Source: Bilabrum cf. latius (lineage: Eukaryota). From it: a DNA stretch of 50,974 nt. Positions 31,529 through 44,095 of the stretch are shown one piece after another. The notes beneath the pieces are model-generated. The model saw only the letters and a program-made list of their open reading frames with translations, was not told the DNA's origin and searched no databases. The position numbers and the translations under genes are program-made. Location of the stretch: assembly GCA_965178125.1 (NCBI GenBank), contig CBCXTV010000001.1, forward strand, positions 310,001-360,974, read 5' to 3'. The first letter of the stretch is position 1. Each line of letters begins with the position of its first letter.

Positions 31529-34508
31529 GAGTGGCCCTTCTCCGCTTCAATTCCTGTCCCAAATCCGATTCCCATTTCGAGACCGAAAAAGGTGACCCGG
31601 AAAACGACGGTACTCTCCGTCACTCCATCTGGCGGCGAAAATTGCCTCAGTTTCCGGTCCCCGATTCCGGGCCCAAGGACCCCCGAAATTCCCGATTCCG
31701 CGCAGTGCCGAAAGCTCGACATAAACCACAAACACGACACACAACACAACACGATAGCGCCTCCCCACGCGCGGGATTGGGTCCTTCCGCTCGCTGCATG
31801 TGAGCTGCAGTGTGTTCTTGCCGGGAATGTCACTGGAAGTCGCGCTGCAGTCTGCTCAGGGCGCCTTATGACCATGAAGGCGTCTCAGCACCCGCGACGG
31901 CAAGAGGGGGCACGCACGACGTTGCGAAGCACCCGCCCTGGGTGAAGAAACTGCGTATCCACAGGAGTCACGTTCAGTTGCGCGAGAATTGGAAAGGCGG
32001 GGTAACTGGTGCAGAGGAGCTTGTTCGCAGCGCGGCTTCCACCAGCGCCGCTGACGATAAGATGCATCGGTCTCGGTACATGAGTCGGCACGGTGTTGCG
32101 TGATTGACTTCACGATGCGGGAGTGTGCAGCCTTCCGCAGCGGGAGAATTGTATCTCCCCACGACCGCCGAAAAAAAAAAAGGCTATGCTGGACTCGTTC
32201 CAGGGAAGGCTATGCGATGAGTATCTCTAGGCGCTTTCCGGAAGACCCACCCACTACACGCTGGTCAGCCCTCCCAAGCGGGAGTGAACCGCGGAGCCGC
32301 GGGCCCGTGAGCGCTGCTGCTACGATCATTTCTGCCCGTTTGACTCTCGCCCACTCTTGCCGTGACCAAAGACGCGCAGATCCTTATGACGCATGACACC
32401 TCGTCGAGGTGTCGAGACTGCCTCACATTCCCGTTACGGAGACCCACAGCACTGCGACAACGAAATCGGTCACGAAGAGAGCAAGAGGCCGCGCACCTGA
32501 GCATCACAAAAACCCCGAGAGACATAAACAACACCGTACCGTGAAGTCCCTGCGACGAGGGGATGCTAAGCGGCTCCCACGGCGGCTCCTCTGCGGGAGA
32601 AGCTGCCGCAGACCTCGAGATGGGATGCACATGATTGCGAAGATTGCGGAACTCGTCCGAAGCCGGTCGCACGAGGGTCACAGCGAATGGAGGCATATCT
32701 TTGAAATAGAGTCTGCGTGCAAAGCAGCATTCCAAACGATCGTCCGCATTCTTCCGAGCAAATCCTTGGGAGCACACATCCTGCGGACGACATCTCTTTT
32801 CTATCCACCCCAGCGTACTCCCCGCGCACACTTCTCGCGAATGATTGAGAATTCTGTGCGGCACATGTAATATCAGGCTACCATGATACGCGGAATGGCG
32901 TGCTATTGCTCGCACGTTCGTGCGCCCCCTTCCGAATGCGCTTACCACATCACTATGTTCGTCGGCAACCGTATACACCGTAGGGGTCTTCCCTCCGACA
33001 CCAAGCGTACACGACTGGCCGTAATAGCGCAGCGTAGATGTTTCGGACGTCGCCCAGGACAAGTGTCGACGCCCGGTTCGTCACGATCACTACGTGTGCA
33101 CTTCACTCACCGCCCTCCAGCCGCTAGACTTCTTTTGGAACGCGACATCCTACGACGCGCTATGACACGTAGCCGTAAACCGCAGACGGCCTCGCGTTCA
33201 CTGCTTGCAGCGCAAGTGCGTGAACAAGAACCGCCCGCGTGGCACACCTTCGCAGGCGCGGAAGACAAAAAGTTCCTTCTAAGCTTGTATTCGGGTCCGA
33301 AAGCCAAATTCCACTTCGGGGTCGAGAAGGGCGACCCGGGAAATCACCGTACGCTCTGTGAATCCATTTCCCGGGGAAAGTCCCCGAGTTCCCGCTACCC
33401 GGTCCCAGGCCCAGCGACCCAGGAAAGTTCCCGTCCCCCCGCATGCGGAAACCTCCCACGAAGCACGCCCACCTCACGCTTCACACGCAAAAGTCCAGGA
33501 GTCAAATCCATTCCGGACCCAGCAGTTCACCCCCCGTGACGATTGGGAAAGGCTCTTGCACACACCTTCTCGTCCGAGCAGTCTATGGAGCACACGCCTG
33601 TCTTCGTTGCCTTTTCCGGCCAAAAATGCAGGGAGTTCGAAGGGGAAGTAGCAAACGCGGAAGACCGCTTTCGAAACGCAGGTGCTCAGGGAAAAACAAC
33701 CAGAGCGTCCCTGATCCTCGGCAGAGCCGTCCAGGAGGGACGGGCACGGACGGGCATCGCAGATCTTGCAGCGCCACCATTCGCCGGGATGGGCGACCGG
33801 ACGAGGGCGACCACAAGTACGTAGCGTGCGACGTCCGTCAGTCGCCATGTTGCGCTCATTCGCTTTCGCGGCACGACTTCCAGGGCCGGCCTTACTCACT
33901 CCTCGGAGTCCGCGTGTGGATTCTCCCCTGCGCACGATCTGCCGCTCTAGATGCTACACAAAGATCCCGCTCGGATGACCCCCTCTGTGCATTCTGCAAG
34001 ATTTTACGCGCCTCCATTCAATGCGCGAAGCATGCACCGCAGCAGTCTGAGTCCGGTGACCACCTTCAATAGCGTGGGACAAATTCCGTCCGCGATGTGC
34101 ATTCGGGCATGCTCCCCTTTCCGAGTCTCTGTGACCCGTAGTGCGTCCGCGGCCAACGACTCAGGACTCCACGATGGTACGCACGAGTTGCATTCCTTGC
34201 ACGAAGCGTGCGGAGAGAAAGCGATGCTCAGACATCGAGGCGCTTGGAGGGTCTGCACACGACATGCTTCGAGAGGCCATGCAAACATGCGAAACCAGAA
34301 CTGAGGTTCCTCATCGTTCCTGCTGTCGAGCGCTCAATTGGGGCATCGGATCAGGACGAAGCTCGCGAAGAGAGGGCGCGGGTGTCCCCATCCAAAAATC
34401 CGCCGCCTTCAAGGCTCATGTTCCCGGATCCTGCATTCGCGAGTTTCGGGAGCAGAAGTGCAAGATCGCCGCTGGACACACAGCGCATGCCATTTCCCGT
34501 CTCTGGAG

Positions 34509-37070
34509 ATGTCGGGCTTCCAGGCGCAATTCGGACACCATCGCCAGGACCTCGGGAAGATGACATGTCTGCTGATCTGCAGGGAAGAGTCCCGCTTCGA
34601 GGAGTGGCGACAAAAAAAAGGGGCGCGAGAACTCCACGAGCACATGGGAGCGGTCCTTCGGCTCCCCAATCCAGTGTTTCCGCAGACCGACAGGGACCCA
34701 GATGGACGCGACATCGTCAAAGACCAGGCCCTCTTGGATATCTTCTCCGGCAAGATAACGGACTGGAGCAAATACAATCCGGCCACTGTTGGGGCGATCC
34801 AATCCCATCGAAACGCATGGCTGTGGGCTGAGAACCACACGCCGACGGAATGGCTCATGGTTGTCGAAGATGATATCGAACCTCGCGAAGCATGCGTGGA
34901 TCGGCTACTCGTAGTTCTTCACGCCATCGCGAAAAACCCCAAGGTGACGCAGATGGCCATGTTAGCGGGGTCAGAAGCACCGAGAATGGTCACCCTCCAG
35001 CGCGAAAACTCCACCTCCATCCACAATTGCGAGCGCCTCTTGGACGTGCGGACCTATCCGGCGCACTGGGTAGACAACACATTTGTGGTCCCCTACCACG
35101 TCGGCATGGGCCTAAAGTGGTATCTCATCAGCCCGGAGGGGAGGAAGGCGCTCCTGAAGATGCGGATCCCGAACCGAAGCTTCGAACGCTGCGTCTGGCG
35201 CCGCCTCTTCGACACGTTCCAAGGGCCGGTATGGAAGTGGGGAGATTGCCTCCGCATGACATCTGTGCTGGCAGCCAGCCCGGTCCTCGCATCGACTCCC
35301 GAGAGCATGGACACGGAGTGGGGGGGCTCGGGACGACGAAGTGCGGATGCAGGGCACAGTATGAAACCGTACATAATGATCGACCCGAGTGACGACTGGA
35401 CTCTTGGCGAGCGATTAAACACATTGTCCGTCGTGATGTCCGTGTGCGCGGCCCTGAGTTGGGGGGTTGTCCTCGTCTGGGAAAAAACAGAGCGCGTGCC
35501 CATCTCCTACGAAGACTTGTGCGGTGTTCACGAGCACGCCGGCGAAACCAACACGTTCGTCCACCTCCTCCAGGACAAACGCGGCGGGTCGTATTCGTAC
35601 TTCCTGAGGTACGGAGACATCCGCATCCACGTGGTGCAGCCGATGATGTGCATCCCCACCCTCGACAGAATGCTCGACATGGTAGCCATGAAGAGGCCCA
35701 AGATGAACACCCTGCCTCCCTTGAAATGGCAGACCGCTCGATGGATCCAAGTCAAGCAGAAGTGGATCGATAAACTCCACACGGAGATGCCGGGGGCCGA
35801 GCTGCCCTCATGGCTGGAGTGGCCACCCTCAACCCACGCGCTTGTCCTCTGCGACGACAGGGACTTGGCGGCGCATTGCCTCGAGGGGAGATGCCAAGAG
35901 GAGCAGCAGGAGTGGATGAACGGCGGGAAGGACAACAGCATCCAGTACTACATCCTTGAGGCAAAGCAGGCGCTGCAGAACGAGTTGGAAGACATCCTAA
36001 AGGGGGACAGCAGCTCGCGCCTCGTCGTGATCCGCATGACAACCAAACCGCTGGGACAGGTCTGGGTGGACATGATGAAGCACCTCACGAAGCAGTTCAG
36101 GGAGCGCATCATAACGCCAACGTTCCTCCTCCCGAAAATGATCCCCAAAAGGAGGCACGACGAGAAGAACCCGAGTGATGATTGGATTACTTGGGGAGCA
36201 TCCTTGGCGAAAACCGTGGGCCTCCTCACGCTCATACCTCCGATGCAAGTGCACTATCCCATCATGAGCTGGACCGTGGCCTGGAACCACTTCATGTTTA
36301 AGGGCAGGACTGCCACGGACACCGTGATCCCAGACGTCATCCGAACTCTGTACGCTCCGCACAAGAGCAACAGGAAGCAGCTCCTCAAGAACGGCCCGCT
36401 GTGCCAGACGAGGCGCGCCGTGCTGGACTCGCCCGCACTGCGGGACATTGCGAACAACTACTCAAGGGCCAAGGACAAGACCTATAACCTCTTGAGTTAT
36501 TCCAAATGGTTTGCCGAGGAAGCCATGTGGCACATGATCAAGTACGCGGAAAGCACGCAGTGCATCGTCGACCCGTTCGTGAGCCGCCAGTGCCAAAAGG
36601 TCTTCGAGCACATCCCCTCGGACGACATCGGCCATGCGGACGCCCGGCTCCGGTACAACCTTCAGGATGCCGACGACCGAGGTTACCGCTTCAACGCGGG
36701 GCATCTCTACACCGCGGTGCAGGGCATCAAAACGGTGAACATCGCATACAACAAGTGGCTCACCGAGCAGGCACAGAGTCATTCCGAATGGAGCTGGGGC
36801 AAAACGTTCATCAAGCTTGTGATCAACCAGTGGCGGCAGCAGCAGGGCAGTGAGCCGTATGACGTGGACGAGGAGGAGTACGTGAGCCTTCCGCGGACCT
36901 TCCACGGGAATTCGTTGAAGCTCGCGAGGAGCGTAAGCCACAAGGACACGAGATCCTGCTCCAGATCGTCCTCATCCTATTCCAGGTCGCCCTCCACCAA
37001 CAGGACTGAGGCACAGCCTTCGAAGAGAGCGCGCCTGACCCCGGCACCCGGCGTAAAGCACGAGCCCTGA
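34509..37070 (+). CDS. GT25-like protein, copy 2
   Basis: Same translation as copy 1. Confidence 0.7.
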   Translation: MSGFQAQFGHHRQDLGKMTCLLICREESRFEEWRQKKGARELHEHMGAVLRLPNPVFPQTDRDPDGRDIVKDQALLDIFSGKITDWSKYNPATVGAIQSHRNAWLWAENHTPTEWLMVVEDDIEPREACVDRLLVVLHAIAKNPKVTQMAMLAGSEAPRMVTLQRENSTSIHNCERLLDVRTYPAHWVDNTFVVPYHVGMGLKWYLISPEGRKALLKMRIPNRSFERCVWRRLFDTFQGPVWKWGDCLRMTSVLAASPVLASTPESMDTEWGGSGRRSADAGHSMKPYIMIDPSDDWTLGERLNTLSVVMSVCAALSWGVVLVWEKTERVPISYEDLCGVHEHAGETNTFVHLLQDKRGGSYSYFLRYGDIRIHVVQPMMCIPTLDRMLDMVAMKRPKMNTLPPLKWQTARWIQVKQKWIDKLHTEMPGAELPSWLEWPPSTHALVLCDDRDLAAHCLEGRCQEEQQEWMNGGKDNSIQYYILEAKQALQNELEDILKGDSSSRLVVIRMTTKPLGQVWVDMMKHLTKQFRERIITPTFLLPKMIPKRRHDEKNPSDDWITWGASLAKTVGLLTLIPPMQVHYPIMSWTVAWNHFMFKGRTATDTVIPDVIRTLYAPHKSNRKQLLKNGPLCQTRRAVLDSPALRDIANNYSRAKDKTYNLLSYSKWFAEEAMWHMIKYAESTQCIVDPFVSRQCQKVFEHIPSDDIGHADARLRYNLQDADDRGYRFNAGHLYTAVQGIKTVNIAYNKWLTEQAQSHSEWSWGKTFIKLVINQWRQQQGSEPYDVDEEEYVSLPRTFHGNSLKLARSVSHKDTRSCSRSSSSYSRSPSTNRTEAQPSKRARLTPAPGVKHEP

Positions 37071-37944
37071 CGACGAAATGCCGCGGAACAGCGCGTTGCG
37101 AGGAGACAAAGCTCCGCAGGCAACAGCAGAAGGCCGCCGAGCGCCGGAGTTGGAGGGTCACATAGTTCCATCGGTCCCATTCTCTCCGGAAGTCGCATAG
37201 CACGTGGAGATCCGCATGCTCTCGGTGCATGAACGCTGGCAGCACGCAGTGCCAAAGTCGCAAAGCGCTTCAGAGTCACAAGTCCAGAAGTTCTTCTGCC
37301 AATGTGTGTCCTCTTCCCGCTCATGTGTGCATCCTCGGAGGAAGTCTGGAGATGACAGGACCCAGCACGCACCACATCAGAAGTCCTTTTTTAAAGCGGC
37401 ATCGTCAGACAAAAATCTGGAACGCCCTTCCGCAAAAAAGAGTGCTGCCCACAGAAAAAAGGGAAACACCTGAGGCCCCAGAAGCCAAAGGGAGGACCGC
37501 GAAGGACGCAGTTTCGAGGTCACACTTTCCGGGACCAGTTTTGAGCCCAAAAAGGGGTACACAAGAGGAAAACACGATGCGGGAGGCTTGAAATTGTCAC
37601 CGAAAACGGGCCCAAAATTGGGACCCCTTTTTCGCAAATTTCGCAGCATCCAGACGACCCAGAAAGGCTTTCCCAGGCGCCGCCTCGAAGCTCACCTTCT
37701 CGCATGCAACCATGACGCAGCCCCACCTCCTCATGCAGACGCGTCTGAGAGACCCCGCAGTGGAACTTCTCCCATTCTGCGCAGGAAGCACTTCAGTCTA
37801 CAAGGACCCGCGCACTTCTTACCGCACCACCTCCATGTGAAAGCACTTCTCGCGGAGTTTTTTTCGGGCCCAGGAATACAGCAACTGCCAGAAGCTTCGC
37901 ACAGAAAAGCAGCCCACTCAGGAAGCAAACTCACTGCACACCCC

Positions 37945-38415
37945 ATGGCGAGCGACGCAGAACCGGAGGACGCAATGCGGCTCGACTCCCCTAGAGATGC
38001 GGATGCAGCGGCGCCACCCGAAGCGACGGAGGCAGGATCACAGAAACCAGATCATGCGCAGCAGTTCTTCGAGGAGCCCTGCCCGAAAGACGGACACATG
38101 GAAGCGCTAGAGAAGACCGCCAAGACGGACGAACCTGGCGACACACCCTTGTTCGTCGACAAGTGGACGGCAGCGATCACACGCCTTACCGAGGAGCGCA
38201 AGGCTCTCAAGCTCGAGCAGCGGGCTAAAACGAAGGCCATCCGCAAAACCATCCGGCAGAAAAGGCGCACCATGAAGAACGCCAAAAAACTCACAGACGA
38301 CGAGCTCGCCCAAATCGTGCTAGACAGGAAGATCTTGCAGTTGGTGCAAAAAGAAGAGATCGCAGCACGCAGCTCCGCCAACTCCTCAACGAGCCAGGCG
38401 AAGTCGACCTTGTGA
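37945..38415 (+). CDS. Basic coiled-coil protein, copy 2
   Basis: Same translation as copy 1. Confidence 0.6.
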   Translation: MASDAEPEDAMRLDSPRDADAAAPPEATEAGSQKPDHAQQFFEEPCPKDGHMEALEKTAKTDEPGDTPLFVDKWTAAITRLTEERKALKLEQRAKTKAIRKTIRQKRRTMKNAKKLTDDELAQIVLDRKILQLVQKEEIAARSSANSSTSQAKSTL

Positions 38416-38839
38416 GAAGCGCTTCCCGTGTTCAGAGAACCGAGGATTACAGATAGACCCCGCGTCACAGAAGCCATCGCAAGAGGGCAGAGCGTCAAGT
38501 ACAGCGCAGTCTTGACGGACACAGATAGCCCGAGCAGCACAAAGCAGCGGATGCGGCTGCCCAGCGGAGTCGCGCACTCGGACAGCATACACGGGACGTG
38601 CTGGCAGAAATCACTCAGTCCGCGAGCACCGTCGTCAAGAGCACGGGAGGGGCAGACTCGACATGCACAACTTTGAAAAACGGGAGGGGCACGAAAGGAA
38701 GACAAATTTGGCATTAATCCTTGATTACCCCCGCCCCCCCCCGTAGAATCAGAGCGAGGAGATATGCTCGGAAGGTCCGGGGGGCAGTCGCAGAAAAGTG
38801 CACGCGAAAATAAGAGGAAAGGAGACCCCCCAAACCCAC

Positions 38840-39084
38840 GTAGTGCGATCCTGGGTGGTACCCTCTAAGGTACTAAGAATCCTTCCCCCGAAAATCGCAC
38901 TACATCGGTCCCTGGCGTCGGGGAAAGCGGAAAAAAGGGGAGCACTACCGTGAAACAATCCTGCATTTTACAGGAAAATCGGAGCACTACGTGTCAAAAA
39001 CTGGGGGTTTTTGAGGTTTTTTTTCCAGAAAAACGGCATTTTTTTATGTAAAAACCGCGCGAAACGAGCACTACCGAGCACTAC
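38840..39084. promoter_or_regulatory. Candidate origin, copy 2, with two extra GCACTAC iterons
   Basis: Same stem-loop; additional gaGCACTAC at 39068 and 39078. Confidence 0.45.
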
Positions 39085-39593
39085 ATCGCCTCCTCCAGTC
39101 GTGTTTCGCATTTTTTTCGCTGGCCGAAAATGTCTCCGAAGGCGCTGCCTCGAGGGGGGGTTCCGATGGCTGATTTTGGGCGTTCTGTTGTCGATTTCGC
39201 GTGCATTTCAGGTTGTCGGCGAGGCCTTTTTGGCGTATGTCGCAGGTTCGGATGCCCTCGAACGTCGTGTCTCATGTGGTATTCGCCGGTTTCTATGTTC
39301 GAGAAGGCGGTCGGTCGGTCATCCTCTCTGGCAGGCTCCGAAGTGCGTTTGTGATCGTGCTAATTGCAACGCCATGCTTTCCTTCGTTGGCTTCGAGAAT
39401 CCTTCCCTCGGAAGCGGTACTACCTCGCCCAGGGCGGCACGAGCTGCAGACTCAGCTGCCTCGGTGCTCATGTGTGTCCCGTGTCAGCAGTTTCGGTGTT
39501 ACGAACAGCAAGGATTCTGGGCATTGCGTGTCGGAGGCAAGTGTTCTATCTTGAGGCATTCCGCGATTCGTCGAAGGATTATTTGCGCAAATA

Positions 39594-41879
39594 ATGTCGG
39601 CTCCGTTCAAGGGCGAAACGATGAGTTTGTCTGTTGCCGAGTCGCTGAAGTCCCGAGTCGCATCCTGCTCCTGGGATCCCGCGTGGGTTTCCGCGAGCTG
39701 CGTGCCGTGCGATGGCCTCCCCACAAGCCAGGAGTCAGAAGCGTCCACGACGGCGACCTCTGCTTTGTTAGGGGTGTCCGAGGCGTCCCCAACGTGCTCG
39801 TGTGGCCTCGGTGTCTCCAATTCGGTGGCTGCAGCGCGCGCGGCCGCTGTCCCGAGTTTTGGCTTTGACGATGCGGAGAACGACTTCGACGCCAGTCTCG
39901 ACATGATTGAGGCCTCATGCGAGGTCGCATGCGAGGCAGAATGCGAGGGCGATCCGGGAGCCTGCTTGTTGTCCCACGGCAAGTCGAGCGGTCAGTGGCA
40001 GATCGGCGTAGTGGGTGAACGAGTCCTTTATGAGGGCCTCAGCGTTGAGGGCGACATTCCTGGCCGCGTTGCTGCCTCCGAAGCGCTCGCCGCGGGTGTC
40101 ATCAATTTGGAACCCCCGTCAGAGGAAGTACTTTTGCCGGTGCAGCTTCTGCGGAGTAGTCAAGGTTACCGTGGGGTTCTGCCCATCGAGGATTCTGCGC
40201 CCGATGCGAGGGGGCGACCGCAGATGCTCATGCTTCCCGATTTCGTGCCCCCCGTGAAGAGGCGGCGTCTTCGGCAGAAGTGCGACCCTGCTGAGGGCGA
40301 TGCAGCACCGAGTCTTGCGGCTCATCTCGGACCTCCGCCCGCGGCTCGTGCCGCGGCCGGAGCGTCTGGGCCGCAGCGCTCGACTGGAAGGCCTTCGACT
40401 CGTCCTATTGATAGTGTCATCTATCGTCTCCTGCGGGTTTTCCCTGACGATTTCAAGTTGGCGTTTCCGGCGTCGGTGTCACACCAGCGGAAGCGGTGCC
40501 TCATCAGGGAGGCGCTTCGCAATGTACCCGGTGACCGCATGTGCATCTTGAAAGACTGGGCTGCGGGGGCGGAGGACACTCCTTGCCAGCTTCGTTTCGA
40601 GGAGCTCTTCCCGGAGCTTGCGCGGCAGCGGGACGAAGTTGTGAGGAATCCGGGATCGCATTCAGTGCCCGTGGGCGAGATTGTGCCTGCGTCCGACAAG
40701 AACACGAGGCGGGGAAGGGCCGTGATGCTTACCTTTCACGGTCGCTGGGGTGTCGAAAAGGAGCCTGTGCGCGACATCATGTCGGCATCCGTGGCAAGGG
40801 GCGTCCTGAGGCGATTGGTTCTCGCGTCTCCGTTCTATGTGGAGCTTTGGGCCACCTTCAAGGCATGGGCGCAGGACATCGCGCGGCGGATGATGTGGCC
40901 TCAGCTGTCCATGAAAATGGAGCTCTCCCTGCACCGCAAGCACGCCGCAAACTTGGTGCACTTCCACGTATGCATGACGGATTCCGAGAAGTCGCATCGT
41001 TGTCGCGTGGCGGAGGATTTCATGTGGGCCGGCAGCAGGCCGAATGTCGTCTACGGCTCCGGGCGGTCAGCGAAAGCGCAGGAACGTGGCGCGTCGGAGT
41101 TACACTATTATTGTCAAGCTCCCAAAGTCGGTGCGCTGCTTTGCGCCACGAACTACCGAGCCGGACGCGATTTCGTCGTCAATGGTAAGTTCGTGCACGC
41201 GTTGTTCGCACGCTTCAAAATGGATCCGGACGTCGCGAGAAGGGAACTCGTGGCGTATCGGTGTCGGGACGCCGAGAACTTAGTGCGCGCCATCGACTTC
41301 CACATACAGAATGCCGCGGAGAGGAGAGAGGTGTGCGCGCAGGCCGCGGTGCACGTAGTGACGAAGCTCCGCCCCTTTAAGGTGGTGCCCGAAGTCGAGA
41401 AGTGGCGCGAGAGCTATCGTCAGGAGTGGTTCGCGCACATGCGCTTCAAGTTCCTTGTCTTGGTGGGGGACTCCCGGTTCGGGAAGACAGTGTACGCGCG
41501 GAATCTCTTCGGGAGCGAAAGGACTCTTGTTGTGAACTGTCAGGGCAGTGTGGAACCTCCGCTCCGTGGCTTCGATCGAAGTCGGCATGTGGCCATTGTG
41601 TTCGACGAGGCAAATGCCCTGTGGGTCGTCAACAACAAACAGGTCTTTCAGGCTGGCCTTGACCCCTCCCTGCTCGGCCAGAGCAAGACGAACAGCCTCG
41701 CATACTCTGTGTGGCTCCACGGTATCGCCCTGATCATCTGCACGAATTCGTGGGGCTCTGACGTGACGGAGTCGGTGGACCGCGAGTGGCTTGACAACAA
41801 CTGTACGAAAGTGGAGGTGAAAGATCGGCTCTACTTCGACGAGGACTTGTTGTCTCTCACGGATGTGCAGAAGAGCTGA
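39594..41879 (+). CDS. rep: CRESS-type Rep (HUH + SF3 helicase), copy 2
   Basis: Same translation as 13769-16054. Confidence 0.9.
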   Translation: MSAPFKGETMSLSVAESLKSRVASCSWDPAWVSASCVPCDGLPTSQESEASTTATSALLGVSEASPTCSCGLGVSNSVAAARAAAVPSFGFDDAENDFDASLDMIEASCEVACEAECEGDPGACLLSHGKSSGQWQIGVVGERVLYEGLSVEGDIPGRVAASEALAAGVINLEPPSEEVLLPVQLLRSSQGYRGVLPIEDSAPDARGRPQMLMLPDFVPPVKRRRLRQKCDPAEGDAAPSLAAHLGPPPAARAAAGASGPQRSTGRPSTRPIDSVIYRLLRVFPDDFKLAFPASVSHQRKRCLIREALRNVPGDRMCILKDWAAGAEDTPCQLRFEELFPELARQRDEVVRNPGSHSVPVGEIVPASDKNTRRGRAVMLTFHGRWGVEKEPVRDIMSASVARGVLRRLVLASPFYVELWATFKAWAQDIARRMMWPQLSMKMELSLHRKHAANLVHFHVCMTDSEKSHRCRVAEDFMWAGSRPNVVYGSGRSAKAQERGASELHYYCQAPKVGALLCATNYRAGRDFVVNGKFVHALFARFKMDPDVARRELVAYRCRDAENLVRAIDFHIQNAAERREVCAQAAVHVVTKLRPFKVVPEVEKWRESYRQEWFAHMRFKFLVLVGDSRFGKTVYARNLFGSERTLVVNCQGSVEPPLRGFDRSRHVAIVFDEANALWVVNNKQVFQAGLDPSLLGQSKTNSLAYSVWLHGIALIICTNSWGSDVTESVDREWLDNNCTKVEVKDRLYFDEDLLSLTDVQKS

Positions 41880-42283
41880 CGCCGGCCGCTGAGGTTTTCA
41901 GTCCGGTTCACACGAGCGCCGGAGCCGCAGCGGCAGCCGCTTCGGTGCTCCTGAAGGTCTAATGTCCTCAATGCGTTTCGTGTGCAAAAAGGATGTGATT
42001 TCTACATGGGGGCATTCCGCAAGTTTCATGTGGTCCGTCGCGTTCGTCCGGGGGAGTGCTTGCCTAGTATTGGGAGCTTGCCTGACACACACACACGTGG
42101 CACCCAGCCTGATGGGTTGCAAGTGTGTGTGTGTCTCCGCAGTGCCGCGGTTGGGACCCGGCGGGTCGTTTGCTTTTACGTCGCCGCGTCGCGCGCCGAC
42201 GAGACATTTCTTGGTCTCAGAAGCCTCTGCTTCCGGTAGGCGCGCCGTGTACGCTCGCGGGCCGAAGGTGGGTGCGTTGCTTG

Positions 42284-42976
42284 ATGGCCTACGTCGGTAT
42301 CGCCGATGCACCGTATGTGCCCGTGGTTGCCGCGTCGACCTCCGAGCACGCCCCGGAGGGCGAGGTGGAGATGATGCTTGCGCCTCTTGCCGGAGATGTC
42401 GGTTTCAAGCGGCCTCGCGTGTTTCCTCCCGGTTCGCGACTTCTTCCTAAGTCGCCGGCCCATCCGGCGGTGCTCATAACAGCGCTCGGCAGTGAGGCAC
42501 CCCAGGACACACAGTGCGTCGTTTGGTCGGACTCTAAGGCTTTCGACCTCGCGGAGTTTGTATGCTCTTCCTGCGGCTGCAATCGTGTCATGGCGGACCT
42601 GAATCATCGTATGCGTGATCGTCTCGTACGTCGCGTGCAGCGCACGCTTTATGCCGATGATTCTCCGTGCGGCAGGGGTGCGATTTCGTGTCGTGCTTGT
42701 CGCGAGAAGGCGCGCGACGCGGCGCCGAAGACGTCGATTATGAACGCGGCGAACAAGAAGAAGATCTCGGGAACTCTTCGCATGCAGTTGGATCTCATTG
42801 TAGAGACCGGGGAGCGGAAGGGTCAGCGTTGTACTGCGGAGAAAATTCTGACATTGGGAACGATGAAGCAGCACAGGGTTTTCGAGAGGGACCTTTACGA
42901 TGAGGCATGGCGCGGGCTTGTTCGTCTGTCTGGACGCGAGGCTTGGAGCGATGACGACTCGTGGTCTCCGCGTTGA
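42284..42976 (+). CDS. Zinc-ribbon protein, copy 2
   Basis: Same translation as copy 1. Confidence 0.55.
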   Translation: MAYVGIADAPYVPVVAASTSEHAPEGEVEMMLAPLAGDVGFKRPRVFPPGSRLLPKSPAHPAVLITALGSEAPQDTQCVVWSDSKAFDLAEFVCSSCGCNRVMADLNHRMRDRLVRRVQRTLYADDSPCGRGAISCRACREKARDAAPKTSIMNAANKKKISGTLRMQLDLIVETGERKGQRCTAEKILTLGTMKQHRVFERDLYDEAWRGLVRLSGREAWSDDDSWSPR

Positions 42977-44095
42977 GCTTGCGTGACGGTTTTCCCTCTT
43001 AACCTGGCCTCTTGCGTGGCGCTGCTTCCGCGTGTGGCCTGAGCGTGCGACCTGAGCGTTCGGCCTGCTGTCGCGTGTGACCTGAGCGAACGGGCGCTCG
43101 ACAGTATCCCGCGTTTGTTGCTTCTGGGGTTCAAGAAACTTGTACTTTTTGGGCTGTACGGTGGTCAGTGGTGCACGGTTCGTTCGCAGCCTCCGCGTTG
43201 TTGGAAAGCTATGGTGGAGCATGGTTCTTTTCGCAGCCTCCGCGTTGTGATCAAGCTACGGTGGAGCATGGTTCGTGAGCATGGTTCTTTTCGCAGCCTC
43301 CGCGTTGTTGACACGTGAAAGCTACGCGAACGTGACCACACAATAGGCCATACCCCAGGTGAAATCCGGACTCGGACATCCAGACGAAACGGCATCATGC
43401 ACACTGTTGAACACACAAATGACACTGAGCTCCACCGTAACGTAACTTTCCATCACCACCTGGTTTATTTTCTCCGCGATGGCAGCTTGGCGGTGACGCT
43501 GTGTCTTCGGGCATGAAGGGGCAAATCTTTGGTTTTTTGGGCCCTGTTTCGGTCACCGAAAAGTCGTGTGATTTCTGGCGCGCAGGAGGAGTGACGCAAG
43601 GTATTTCTGAACCGTTTTCCGGACGCTTTCCGGGCCTCCCATGTGACCGCTTTTTGCGTACCGAAACACGTTCCGCGCGTGAGGAGCAGATGCGGATCTC
43701 CGCGGGGTCCTAGTTGTGTCCTTTTTCGGGGGACGAAATCGGGCGCACTTGTCGTGCCGATTCGTGGTCGTCTCTGAGACCGGCTGCGAGTCGGGAAAGG
43801 TGCCCGGGAGATGCTCGTGTCCTTGGCTTCGTATTTCTCCGCGTATTCTTCAAACGCGGGCGCACGTCTCCTACCGATTCGTGGTCGGTTTCCGAGGCCG
43901 ATCGCGAGTCGGGAAATGCGCCCGCGATGCGCTCTCGATCTCGGAAAGGGCGGGAGTCCGTTCTTGCATTCGGAATGGGCGGGGAGTTGCTTTTCCTGGG
44001 AGCATGTGCGAGATTCCTTCTCCGCGGGTCCTCTTTCGGCTTCGGCAGTCAGCAGCGCACTCTGCGGGAACGGCATTCTCCGAGTCTCTTTGCCG

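Noticed and set aside
39042-39250. Inversion or shuffle of 13217-13425
   Set aside because: The reverse complement does not align and base counts differ.
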